In this document: positions 1 to 8,944 of the stretch, in pieces
How positions within the stretch are numbered: the first letter of the stretch is position 1
Layout: each line of letters begins with the position of its first letter
Assembly: GCA_964499705.1 (NCBI GenBank)
Contig: CAZCME010000003.1
Coordinates: 124,001 to 188,000, forward strand
Direction of reading: 5' to 3'
DNA length: 64,000 nucleotides
Origin: an uncultured bacterium
GTDB lineage: Bacteria > UBA8481
Notes under the pieces: generated by a model
What the model saw: the letters and a program-made list of their open reading frames with translations, nothing else
Told to the model about the DNA's origin: nothing
Database searches by the model: none
Translations under genes and position numbers: made by a program

Positions 1-572
1 TGAAAAGAACGATGCGGTTTGAACCTGTCGCGCATCATCGCGTCGTAAGCCGTCTTCGTCATGATCTTCGGCACCCCCGAGTAGAATCCGCCGCCGCCCC
101 CGCCGTCGTAAATCCGCACCGCGATCCGGTTCTCTTCCTTCCAGATCGCCTTCGGAACGATGTAGGAACGGTTCATCTCCCACTTCGTCTCGAAGGCCGG
201 CGGCATGCCGCCGGTCGATCCGACGCGAGTCCCGTTGATGTAAACCTCGTCCGCGTCGTCGATCTTTCCCAGGAAAAGAACGAGATCTTCATCCCGCAGT
301 TCCGGAGCCAGGGTAACCGACTTGAAATACCAGCCGAAGCCGTCGTAACCGTTGTATCCCGCGTCCTCCCATTTCGTGTTGATGGGGATGGATACCGCCG
401 AACCCGGGACGCCGGCGGACCACGTCGGATCATCGCCCTTGGCAAAGAGCCATCCCTCGCTGAGAGCAACGGAGGCTTCCTGGGAGACGGCTTTTTCTCC
501 CGTCATGGCGATCAAGGCAATGATGATTCCCAGGATCGTGCGCGTGCCGGCCGTGCGAGAATATGAAATCAA
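1..572 (-). CDS. Secreted protein with galactose-binding-like jelly-roll (GH2/beta-galactosidase-type sugar-binding) domain; 3' end runs off the window
   Basis: Not in the ORF track; translated manually from TTG at 572: hydrophobic signal, then WLFAKGDD...WEDAGYNGYDGFGWYFK...LFLGKIDDADEVYINGTRVG...NRIAVRIYDGGGGGG. Confidence 0.75.
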   Translation of the reverse strand, partial: MISYSRTAGTRTILGIIIALIAMTGEKAVSQEASVALSEGWLFAKGDDPTWSAGVPGSAVSIPINTKWEDAGYNGYDGFGWYFKSVTLAPELRDEDLVLFLGKIDDADEVYINGTRVGSTGGMPPAFETKWEMNRSYIVPKAIWKEENRIAVRIYDGGGGGGFYSGVPKIMTKTAYDAMMRDRFKPHRSF

Positions 573-632
573 GAGCGTACCTTTCCCTTCGTCTTCATAT
601 TCCCCGTCGCACTTCCTGGCGGAATGCCGGGA

Positions 633-1682
633 CTAGAGCGCGTATTTCGGGCCCGCCGTCACCACGACGTCCTTGTAATTTTCCATCGTGATCGCCTTGA
701 CCGGAGTCAGCACGGTCTTGATCCCGACCGCATCCTTGTAGGTGGTGGGAGGATCCTTCGCGTCGGGCGTTTTCCCGCTCGCGATGTCGACGGCCAGTTT
801 CGCGGCCGTGGCCGCCAGCGTGATCTCATCCTTGTAGATGTCCTGCTGCTGCTTGCCTTCAATGATGTATTCCACGTTCGACTTGTCCGCGTCCGCGCCC
901 GTGATGAAGATCTGTCCGATCTTTCCGGCCTTCTCCACGGCCTGGACCGCGCCGCGCGCCATCCCGCTGTTGTTGCAGAGAATGGCTTTCACGTCCTTAT
1001 TGGAGACGAGAGCGTTCTCGACTGTGGCCAGGGCTTGCTCCGTGCCCCACGCGTCATGATACTGCTTCACGGCCACGGTGACGCCTGCCGCTTCCAGCGC
1101 GTCCAGGTTCGCCTTCGTGATCGCTTCCGCGACGCTGTGCCCCTGCTGCCCGCTGCAGATGACGACCTTGCCCGGCCCGCCGTTCGCCGTCATCCACGCG
1201 ATGGCGGCTTCCGCCTGGAGCTTGCCGACGTCGAAGGAATTCTGGCCCGCATAGAAATCGAGATCCTTGTGGTTGATCATCCGGTCATACGCGATGACGG
1301 GGATGTTCTTCGCGTGAGCCTTTTCCACGAACACGCCGGCGTTGTCGCTATTGACCGGCTGGATCACGAGGACGCTGACACCCTGCGAAAGCAGGGACTC
1401 GACATTGGAGGCCTGTGTCGCCTCGTCGTTGTTGGCTGAGAGAAAGATCACTTCCGCGCCGGCGGCTTCGGCCGCTTCGATGAACGCGGCCTTGTCCCGC
1501 TGGTAACGCTCTTCCTGTTCCGTCCCGAGAATGAATCCGATCTTGACGGCTTTGGGGGCGGCCGGAGCGGCATCCATGGTGGGCGTCGGAGCCGGAGCCG
1601 GTTTGCCACAGGCGATCGTGGAGACGAGGAGAAAGGCGCCGGCCAGAATCAGGCCGGTCAGTCGAATGGAACGAGCATACAT
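633..1682 (-). CDS. Sugar ABC transporter substrate-binding lipoprotein (XylF/ChvE-like)
   Basis: Lipobox-like IAC; EERYQRD, VIAYDRMI, ILCNNSGMARG and ITGADAD motifs; GGAGG before ATG 1682. Confidence 0.85.
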   Translation of the reverse strand: MYARSIRLTGLILAGAFLLVSTIACGKPAPAPTPTMDAAPAAPKAVKIGFILGTEQEERYQRDKAAFIEAAEAAGAEVIFLSANNDEATQASNVESLLSQGVSVLVIQPVNSDNAGVFVEKAHAKNIPVIAYDRMINHKDLDFYAGQNSFDVGKLQAEAAIAWMTANGGPGKVVICSGQQGHSVAEAITKANLDALEAAGVTVAVKQYHDAWGTEQALATVENALVSNKDVKAILCNNSGMARGAVQAVEKAGKIGQIFITGADADKSNVEYIIEGKQQQDIYKDEITLAATAAKLAVDIASGKTPDAKDPPTTYKDAVGIKTVLTPVKAITMENYKDVVVTAGPKYAL

Positions 1683-1757
1683 GCGGAAGCCTCCGAAAAA
1701 GGAATGCGAATTTGTACTCGCTCCTTGATGGGGAATCAACGCGAAAGTGAACCGGTT

Positions 1758-1867
1758 TAACAGGATGGGCAGGATTGGGGAGGAATGAAAACCACTTCCC
1801 GATAACAGGACTGCATTACCCTCATTTCTGCCGTAAATCCATCCTGCCTATCCTGCTCATCCTGTTA
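1758..1867. repeat. Intergenic palindromic (REP/MITE-like) element, family A copy 1
   Basis: TAACAGGATGGGCAGGAT (1758-1775) and ATCCTGCTCATCCTGTTA (1850-1867), one mismatch; same arms at 16510-16593. Confidence 0.85.
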
Positions 1868-1981
1868 TTACTTCTCGCGGGGAACTTCGGAGAACCGCTT
1901 CAGGGCGCGCCGGAAGTCGCAAATCCAAAGCATCCTTCGGAGCGCGATGTCAGGATTCAGGATTTCGCCTATACTTCGCCC

Positions 1982-3853
1982 ATGCCGTCCCTGGTCCTGC
2001 CTTCCGCCACGCTTGCCCCCATGGCGGCGATGCTTATCTCCGCGTTGCTCGCTTCCGTCGCACTGCTTCAGGGTAACCGGTCCTCCCGGACGTTTGGCCT
2101 CCTCGCGCTGGCCAATGCGCTCTGGTGCGCGGGCGATGTCGTTCACCGGGCCGGGCAGCCGGCTGGAATCTGGATCATCTATATCGGCAACCTCGCGGTG
2201 CCGCCGCTCCTTCTTCTTCTCGCGGCCGTGATGACGGGCGGCGCGTTCACATCGTTCTTCACGACGATGCTCATATCGTTCGGACTTCAGTCCGCGCTCG
2301 TTTCCCTGCCCGCCGCACGGCTCCGGTTGGAACAGGCGCTTGCCATCTACCTGGCGGCGAGCCTCGTGTACGCCCTCTATGATCTCGGTCGGCTTTCCAC
2401 CTGCGCGGAATCGCGGATCACGCGGCTCCGGTTGCGCGTTCTCATTCTCGGCGTCGCCGTCGCCGGATTCGGCGGGCTTCTCAACTATGCGAACGAATTC
2501 GGATGGCGCATCCGCGAGACGGGAGCGATCTTCAATGCCGTGGGCGTGGGCATCATCGCCGCGGCAGCGCTCCGGTACGGCATCTTCGATCTCGGCAGGA
2601 TCACCGCGATCGTTCTTGTCGACCTGACGCTCGGATTCCTCTTCTGCGCCTGGGCCTTCGCAGGCTACTCCTTCGCGCCCAGGGCTCATCTTCCACCGCT
2701 CGTCCTGGCCGCCGTCTTCGTCATGATCGGGCTCCCGGTCGCGGGCCGGATCCGTCACGCCATCGCGTCCTTCTTCGAATCGCTCCTCCTGTCCGAGCAG
2801 GTCGACGGCGCGGCACTTCGGATCGAGACGTTCCGCGATCTTACCGACGCGCTTGATTCACGAGCCGTCCATGAAGCGCTTCTCCGCGCGGTCGCGCGGA
2901 TCGCGCATGCTCCGGGAGCCGTCTATCTTCCGGATGAGATGCGCTGGCGTCGCGTCGCGGGAGAGACCGGTCCCGATGTCGTGGAGGATACGCCGCCGTC
3001 GACCGCCGCTTATGAAACAGACATCCCCGCGCGCCTGCGGAAGATGGCGCCGCGTTCCGGCGCCTGGCTGAGATTGGGCCGCGGCGCTCTTCTCGTCATG
3101 GAGAAGAAATCCGGCCGGCCGTTTTTCGCATCCGACAGGGTGCTCCTTGCCGACCTGGCCGGCATGGCGACACTGGCCCTGACGCGGATCGAGGAAACCG
3201 AGAGGAGGGCCCGCGCGGAGGAGGAAGCCATCGCCGGCAAGCTCTCGGCCGGCGTCGCGCACGATGTTCTCAATCCGGTCGGAGCGATCGCGGGCGCGGC
3301 GGAGATGATCTTGAAGAGAAATCCGGATGATGAATTCGCGGGTATCGTGAAGATGGAAGCGGCGCGCGTCGAGCGGATCTGCCGCGATTTTCTCGAATAC
3401 GGCCGCCCGTTTCCGCTCGAATTTCGATCCTGCGTCCTGCGCCCCGTCCTGCAACGCGCGGCCGCGACGATGCGCGCGGATGCCTCCTGCGCCGGTGTGG
3501 AATTTACCATCGCGGGCGATGTGATCCTGAACGCGGATGAAGATGCGCTGTACCGATTGGCCACCAACCTGTTTCGAAATGCCGTGAAGGCCGGATCACG
3601 AATCGTCGATGTGTCGATCGCTCCGGGCGAACTCCTCTTCGATGACGACGGGCCGGGAATCGCTCCGGGCGAGAGGGAGCATATCTGGGAACCGTTTCGC
3701 GCCTCGCGCTCAGGCGGAACAGGCCTGGGCCTGCCGCTCGTCCGGAAAATCGCGGAAGCGCATGGCGGTTCTGTTGGCGTCGAAACGTCTCCGCAGGGAG
3801 GCGCGCGATTCCGGATCCGGCTGCCGGAGCATCAGGATCCTCAAAAAGGATGA
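1982..3853 (+). CDS. Membrane sensor histidine kinase (multi-TM, GAF-like, HisKA, HATPase)
   Basis: Many TM segments; H-box GVAHDVLNP; NLFRNA, DDGPGI, GGTGLGL; start uncertain (track starts at 1775 inside the repeat). Confidence 0.88.
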   Translation: MPSLVLPSATLAPMAAMLISALLASVALLQGNRSSRTFGLLALANALWCAGDVVHRAGQPAGIWIIYIGNLAVPPLLLLLAAVMTGGAFTSFFTTMLISFGLQSALVSLPAARLRLEQALAIYLAASLVYALYDLGRLSTCAESRITRLRLRVLILGVAVAGFGGLLNYANEFGWRIRETGAIFNAVGVGIIAAAALRYGIFDLGRITAIVLVDLTLGFLFCAWAFAGYSFAPRAHLPPLVLAAVFVMIGLPVAGRIRHAIASFFESLLLSEQVDGAALRIETFRDLTDALDSRAVHEALLRAVARIAHAPGAVYLPDEMRWRRVAGETGPDVVEDTPPSTAAYETDIPARLRKMAPRSGAWLRLGRGALLVMEKKSGRPFFASDRVLLADLAGMATLALTRIEETERRARAEEEAIAGKLSAGVAHDVLNPVGAIAGAAEMILKRNPDDEFAGIVKMEAARVERICRDFLEYGRPFPLEFRSCVLRPVLQRAAATMRADASCAGVEFTIAGDVILNADEDALYRLATNLFRNAVKAGSRIVDVSIAPGELLFDDDGPGIAPGEREHIWEPFRASRSGGTGLGLPLVRKIAEAHGGSVGVETSPQGGARFRIRLPEHQDPQKG

Positions 3854-3872
3854 AGCGGGGACGACGTCCCGG

Positions 3873-5000
3873 TTATTCCTCCTGCTCGGCCGGAATATGA
3901 ACTCTCACGAGCGCGCCCTTCCACTCGGATTCATCGATCTCGATCCTGCCTCCCGCTTCCCGCACGAAGGCGTGCACGATGGAGAGACCGAGCCCTGTTC
4001 CCTGGCCGATTTCCTTCGTGGTGAAGAACGGCGCGAGCACATGGGAACGGACATCGGGAGGAATGCCCGGCCCATTGTCGGAGATTTCGAGAACGATTCC
4101 TTCCCCGGAGGGGCGTGCTGAAATCCTGATGCATCCGATCTTTTCCGGATGTGAGGGCTGCTGCGATCCCGTCCTGACGGCGTCCAGCGCGTTCCTGAGG
4201 ATCGGGAGGATGATCTGTTCCAGGTTGCCGTCCGCCGAACGAAGAGCCAGAGCGCGAGGCGATATTTCCGTTTCGATGGAAATACCTTCGGCCGATCCGT
4301 CCTGCTTCACGATATCGAGAACCACGTCCACGGCGGATTCGACCGGGACATCGGAGATCGCGGGAACCGCGCGGCGGACGATCTGGAACAACCGGTGCAC
4401 GATGCTGTCGATGCGCGCCACTCCGGTCATGATATGACCGATCCGTTCTTCCGCCCGGGATTGAGCGCCTTTCATGGAGAGCAATTGCGCGTTACCGGAG
4501 ATGACGGCCAGGGGATTTCGGATCTCATGGGCGAATCCCGCGGCCATTCGCCCGAGGGCCGCGAGCCGACGGCGCTCCATCCGCTCGATCTCCGCGCGCC
4601 GCGCACGTGTTTCCGCAACGCGGATCCGATGAAGGGACCGAGTCCAGTTCCGGCTGACGGCCCAGGATCCGAGAAAGGCGAAGAGAAGCGAGAGCAGGAG
4701 GCCGCGGATGAAATGGAGCATATGCATCTGCTGGAAGTCGAGATTCGGAAAGAGAGCGTGTTCCAGGATTTCCGTCGAGGCCAGGATAAGGACGCTGACC
4801 GGCACCGCCATCATGGCGAGGACCAGAGGGGAAACCGGTCTGCCCGTGATCGGCTCGACGGGCCGGTCGGCCGCTGCCGCGCCGTCCGTGGCGCCCGCGG
4901 CACTTCCTCCGTCCGGTCGGTCGCCGGCCGCCATGACCGCCGGATCAACTTCACCATGGGTTTCCGGATTGCGGCGCGGCGCGTAGCGATCTCTGCTCAT
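3873..5000 (-). CDS. Sensor histidine kinase with 2 TM helices
   Basis: FAHEIRNPLA, RNALDA, DNGPGI, PFFTTK, GTGLGL. Confidence 0.9.
   Translation of the reverse strand: MSRDRYAPRRNPETHGEVDPAVMAAGDRPDGGSAAGATDGAAAADRPVEPITGRPVSPLVLAMMAVPVSVLILASTEILEHALFPNLDFQQMHMLHFIRGLLLSLLFAFLGSWAVSRNWTRSLHRIRVAETRARRAEIERMERRRLAALGRMAAGFAHEIRNPLAVISGNAQLLSMKGAQSRAEERIGHIMTGVARIDSIVHRLFQIVRRAVPAISDVPVESAVDVVLDIVKQDGSAEGISIETEISPRALALRSADGNLEQIILPILRNALDAVRTGSQQPSHPEKIGCIRISARPSGEGIVLEISDNGPGIPPDVRSHVLAPFFTTKEIGQGTGLGLSIVHAFVREAGGRIEIDESEWKGALVRVHIPAEQEE
4869..4923 (-). repeat. Intragenic hairpin element, copy 1
   Basis: 47/55 ungapped identity to 35742-35796 in dnaG. Confidence 0.85.
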
Positions 5001-5033
5001 GGGCGTGTCGTCATCGATGGGATGGGAATTATT

Positions 5034-5507
5034 TCAAAGCGGGGCTTCGGACAGCGATAGCGAGAGCGTGACGCGTCCGCACTTCGTGTCGAAGGGGACG
5101 ATCAGGTGCCGGGATCCCTTCGCGGCGTAGATCTCGGAACGTTCACCCATCATGAACGTGGGAGGAGTGATGTTGCAATGGAAGCCTTTCGATTCGAGCA
5201 TGATCATGGCATTGCCCGAGATCATGTTGGCCAGCTCGTTGATCGTGGACCGGACGAGGCTGTTGATCCCCGGCATGTCCTCCCCGTTCATGACGGTCGC
5301 GATCTGGATCGCCGTTCCGCGATCCATGTCGTAGACGACATGGCCGAGCAACCGGCCGTTGATGCCGATCATCGTCGCGACACCCGACGAGACGACGGGA
5401 TCGTCGCGGACCTGGAGCAGTCCCCGGGAAATGCCCTGGTCATCCAGAAGCTGGCTGATGACGGAGACCGCGGATTCCGTGAAGGGATTGAGGTAGTCGG
5501 CTTTCAT
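5034..5507 (-). CDS. cheX: Chemotaxis phosphatase CheX
   Basis: YLNPF N-terminus, ELANMISGNA (ExxN) and ITPP motifs. Confidence 0.92.
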   Translation of the reverse strand: MKADYLNPFTESAVSVISQLLDDQGISRGLLQVRDDPVVSSGVATMIGINGRLLGHVVYDMDRGTAIQIATVMNGEDMPGINSLVRSTINELANMISGNAMIMLESKGFHCNITPPTFMMGERSEIYAAKGSRHLIVPFDTKCGRVTLSLSLSEAPL

Positions 5508-5950
5508 TCAGCCTCGGAGGACTTGATTCCCAGGACGGATCTCACCACGCGATACACATCCTGCCGCTGGAAGGGCTTGACGATGAAATGTTTGGCTCCG
5601 AGCAGGATCGCCTGCTGTATCAGTTCCTTCTGGCCCAGCGCGGAGACGACGATGATCTTCTGGGCGGGATGAAGAGCTCGGATTTCCCTGATCGCGTCCA
5701 ATCCGTTCATGCGGGGCATGGTCAGGTCCATCGTGATGAGGTCGGGCTTCTCAGGCATCGCCTGGAACTTTTCCACGGCTTCCCGGCCGTCATGAGCGAT
5801 CTCCGAGACGGACCCTTCGAACGAGAGGACGATCCTCTTCAGGTTGTTGACCATGAAATCGGAGTCATCCACGATCATGATCGCATAGGGAGTTCCGTCT
5901 GGTTTCTTTGGGAGCGCATGCTTCTGTTCGTCGGTCAGCTCCGTCGTCAT
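5504..5950 (-). CDS. cheY: Single-domain response regulator CheY
   Basis: IVDDS, ITMDLTMP, VSA, FIVKPF; stop overlaps cheX start. Confidence 0.88.
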   Translation of the reverse strand: MTTELTDEQKHALPKKPDGTPYAIMIVDDSDFMVNNLKRIVLSFEGSVSEIAHDGREAVEKFQAMPEKPDLITMDLTMPRMNGLDAIREIRALHPAQKIIVVSALGQKELIQQAILLGAKHFIVKPFQRQDVYRVVRSVLGIKSSEAE

Positions 5951-6453
5951 GCCTTCTTGCCCTCATCCACTTTTCTCAGGGCATTTTCCTCCTCGATGCT
6001 GAAGACGCGGTCGAGATCCAGCAGGAGCAACCAGCGATCGCTGTCGACTCCGAGCGGAGCCACGCCGCGGAGAAATGCGCTTCCCCGGCAGGCAAGGCCC
6101 GAGGGCAGAGGGCGGATCGCGCTCGCTTCGAGCTTCCTGATGGCGCTGACGCTGTCGACAAGGAAGGCCACGAGAAGTTCCTTCACGGCGGCGACCACGA
6201 CGCGGCTCATGCGACCATGAGGAGCAGGAAGGCCGAAGCGTATGCGGAGATCGATCACCGGGATCGCATAACCCCGCAGCTTCATGAGTCCCACGATGAA
6301 TTCGGGTTGGCCGGGAATGCCGGTAATCTCCGGAGACCTCAGTACTTCGCGAACCTGTTCGACGGAGATTCCATATTCTTCACCGCCGATCCCGCATCCG
6401 ACGACGGCCAGTTCGAGGGATTCGGGTCTTGCCTTCATCGCGAGAATTGTCAT
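5947..6453 (-). CDS. cheW: CheW scaffolding protein
   Basis: EEYGISVEQVREV, PEFIVGLMKLRG-IPVIDLR, FLVDSV. Confidence 0.9.
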   Translation of the reverse strand: MTILAMKARPESLELAVVGCGIGGEEYGISVEQVREVLRSPEITGIPGQPEFIVGLMKLRGYAIPVIDLRIRFGLPAPHGRMSRVVVAAVKELLVAFLVDSVSAIRKLEASAIRPLPSGLACRGSAFLRGVAPLGVDSDRWLLLLDLDRVFSIEEENALRKVDEGKKA

Positions 6454-6899
6454 GGCTTCGGCTTTCGCCGCTCCTTGCGGGGCTTCTTTTTTTCATGCTC
6501 TTCATCGCACTTCGCGGCCGCAAAACCGACACAGCTTCCCTGAGCCTCATGGCATCTGGCACCCAGGACATGTTCCAGAAAATCCCGTGTCTGCCGAAGC
6601 TCCTTCTTCCGGCCGGCCTGCATGAGTTTCGCGGAGCAAGAGCAGATCGCGGCAAGCTCGACCGGCGCATTCAACGCGCCAAGATAGAGAAAACCCGGAC
6701 AAGGTTCGATGCCGAGACCCTTGGCCACCTTGGACATCGTTATGAACGTGGGATTCACCTTTCCTCGCTCGAGACGGTTGTAATACTGGACGTCCAGGCC
6801 CGCGTCACGCGCCACCGAAGCCTGAGTCACGCCTCTCAACTTGCGAACGTGACGAATGCGCTCACCCAATGCGCGGAGGGTCTTCAAATCGTGATTCAT
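6450..6899 (-). CDS. XRE-family HTH regulator with Cys-rich C-terminus
   Basis: LGERIRHVRKLRGVTQASVARDAGLDVQYYNRLERGKVNPTF. Confidence 0.88.
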   Translation of the reverse strand: MNHDLKTLRALGERIRHVRKLRGVTQASVARDAGLDVQYYNRLERGKVNPTFITMSKVAKGLGIEPCPGFLYLGALNAPVELAAICSCSAKLMQAGRKKELRQTRDFLEHVLGARCHEAQGSCVGFAAAKCDEEHEKKKPRKERRKPKP

Positions 6900-6931
6900 T
6901 CTGCATCACTACAATTCAACGGACGCGAAAC

Positions 6932-6984
6932 GACAATTGTCATATAGGACAATATCAAAAGCAGGTTCATACTTCTGTGACAAT
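6932..6984. promoter_or_regulatory. Candidate operator in the divergent xre/MCP promoter
   Basis: GACAATTGTC palindrome (6932-6941), ATTGTC-ATATAG-GACAAT inverted repeat (6936-6953), third GACAAT at 6979. Confidence 0.5.
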
Positions 6985-7020
6985 AGACGCTCCGCCCGCT
7001 TCCCTGGACACTATGCGCCC

Positions 7021-8847
7021 ATGAACGACACTCTGAGCGCGAAATACAAGGTATCGGAATCCAATCTCGCCCGCCGAAGGGAATTTGTCAGGCTCGGCCG
7101 CCAGGAGCAGGATCTTCTCGCATCGTTGCTGCCGTGGGCCGAACGCACCGCGTCCAGGCTCGCGGAGGAATTCTATGACTGGCAGTTCTCCTTCGGCCCG
7201 ACGCGGGAATTTTTCGAGAGCGCCTCGGAGCGGCGCAGGATGTCCATGGAAGCGCTCCGGAAGCACCTCGAATCGTCGCAGGCCGGCTACTTCCTCGACA
7301 TCTTCCGGGGCGCGACAGAGAACTGGGGAGTGGAGTATTTCGAGCGGCGGCTGCGCGTCGGCCAGCTCCACAATGTCATCAACCTTCCGCTCAAGTGGTA
7401 TCTCGGTTCCTATACCGAGTACAACCGTCTTATCCGCCGTCACCTGCTCCGTTCATTCTGGTGGAAGCCCGCGTTCGCGCTGCGGGCGGAAGAAGCGATC
7501 CAGCGGGTCTTCAACTACGACATGCAGTCGATCTGCGACGCCTTCTTCCTCGACTTCGTCGAGACGACCGGCCTGGACGTGGCTTCGATCGAAGTGACCC
7601 GCGGCGCGGATGTGACGGAAGGCGTCGGCGCTCTGAAGGATGCGGTTCGTCATCTCGTTTTGCAGGCGGAGGCGCTCGCGGCGGAGAGGTTATCAGACCC
7701 CTGCCTGGAGAAGACGGTTCCCGGTTCACTCGGCTCGGCTTTTTCCGTCGTCGTCAGGAATCTCAGGCTCTTCGCGAACCGGGCCGGCCATATCGCGGAA
7801 TGCGACCTGAAAAACACGCTGCTGGTGGAGCAGGCCGAAGGCGATCTCTCCTGCTCCTGCGCCCGCATGGTCTCATCCCTCCGCCTTCTCGATCGCCAGG
7901 CCGCCGCGATTGCGCGCGGTGAGCTTAACGCGGCGATTCTCAAGGAGGAGGTTCCTGGAGATCTCGGGAGATCTTTCCGGACCATGATCGATAACCTGCG
8001 ATCGCTCATCAAGAGCTCCAAGGAAGTCGGTGCGCAGGTAGGTTCCGCCGCGACGGAACTCCTGGCGGCGGCGCAGCAGATGTCGCGCGGATCGAAGGAG
8101 CAAGCCGCGAAGCTCGCGGAAGTGACGACGGCCGCGACGGAAATGTCGGCCTCCATCCAGGAAGTCTCCGAATCCTCCACGTCGGCCGCGCGCACCGCGG
8201 CGGAAACATCCGAGCGAGCGGCGTCCGGCGCGGCGGTTGTGGAGGAGACGACGCATTCCCTGGACATGATACGAGAGACATCCCAGGAGACGGGGGACCG
8301 GGTGGGAGCGCTGGCGTCCGCGTCGGCCGCGATCGGGAAGATCGTCGGCACGATCCAGGAGATCGCGGAGCAGACGAACCTGCTGGCGTTGAACGCGGCG
8401 ATCGAAGCCGCGCGCGCCGGCGAGCAAGGCCGGGGATTCGCGGTCGTCGCGGATGAAGTCCGCAAGCTTGCTGAGCGGAGCGACAAGAGCGCGCGGGAGA
8501 TCGGCGAGATCGTGGAGAAGATCCGCCTGGAGATGGAAGCCACGCGGAGCGCGACGTTGCGGGGAGCCGATGTCGCGCGCGAAGGAGGACAACTCGCGGG
8601 CAAACTCCTGGCGACGTTCGAAAAGATCCAGAAGGACATCGGCGAATCGCATAAGGCCGTGAGCGAGATCACGTCAGCGATCAATCAGCAGGCGCGCGTT
8701 TCCGATTCGATCGCCACGTCCGTGGATACCGTCAACGGCATAGCCCGCCAGACCGAGAGCGCCGCCTCGCAGATCGTCGTTCAGTCGAATCAGCTCCAGG
8801 GTGTGATCCAATCCCTCGAGGAAAATCTCGCGGCCTTCCGGCTTTAA
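7021..8847 (+). CDS. Soluble globin-coupled methyl-accepting chemotaxis protein (protoglobin + 3 HAMP-like + MCP signal)
   Basis: FYDWQF and [22 protein letters not shown] globin motifs; [37 protein letters not shown]; no TM segment. Confidence 0.92.
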   Translation: MNDTLSAKYKVSESNLARRREFVRLGRQEQDLLASLLPWAERTASRLAEEFYDWQFSFGPTREFFESASERRRMSMEALRKHLESSQAGYFLDIFRGATENWGVEYFERRLRVGQLHNVINLPLKWYLGSYTEYNRLIRRHLLRSFWWKPAFALRAEEAIQRVFNYDMQSICDAFFLDFVETTGLDVASIEVTRGADVTEGVGALKDAVRHLVLQAEALAAERLSDPCLEKTVPGSLGSAFSVVVRNLRLFANRAGHIAECDLKNTLLVEQAEGDLSCSCARMVSSLRLLDRQAAAIARGELNAAILKEEVPGDLGRSFRTMIDNLRSLIKSSKEVGAQVGSAATELLAAAQQMSRGSKEQAAKLAEVTTAATEMSASIQEVSESSTSAARTAAETSERAASGAAVVEETTHSLDMIRETSQETGDRVGALASASAAIGKIVGTIQEIAEQTNLLALNAAIEAARAGEQGRGFAVVADEVRKLAERSDKSAREIGEIVEKIRLEMEATRSATLRGADVAREGGQLAGKLLATFEKIQKDIGESHKAVSEITSAINQQARVSDSIATSVDTVNGIARQTESAASQIVVQSNQLQGVIQSLEENLAAFRL

Positions 8848-8944
8848 TCGTGATGGGAATGATAGAATGGTATCGGAGTGGGGGATTTCTCCCCGGTGAT
8901 GATACCGTGACGATCATGCGGTCGCGCTCCATGAGGCGCCGCGA

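Noticed and set aside
8869-8906. Hairpin between the two MCP genes as a riboswitch or ncRNA
   Set aside because: Short stem-loop with no recognisable family motif and no U-tract; insufficient evidence.
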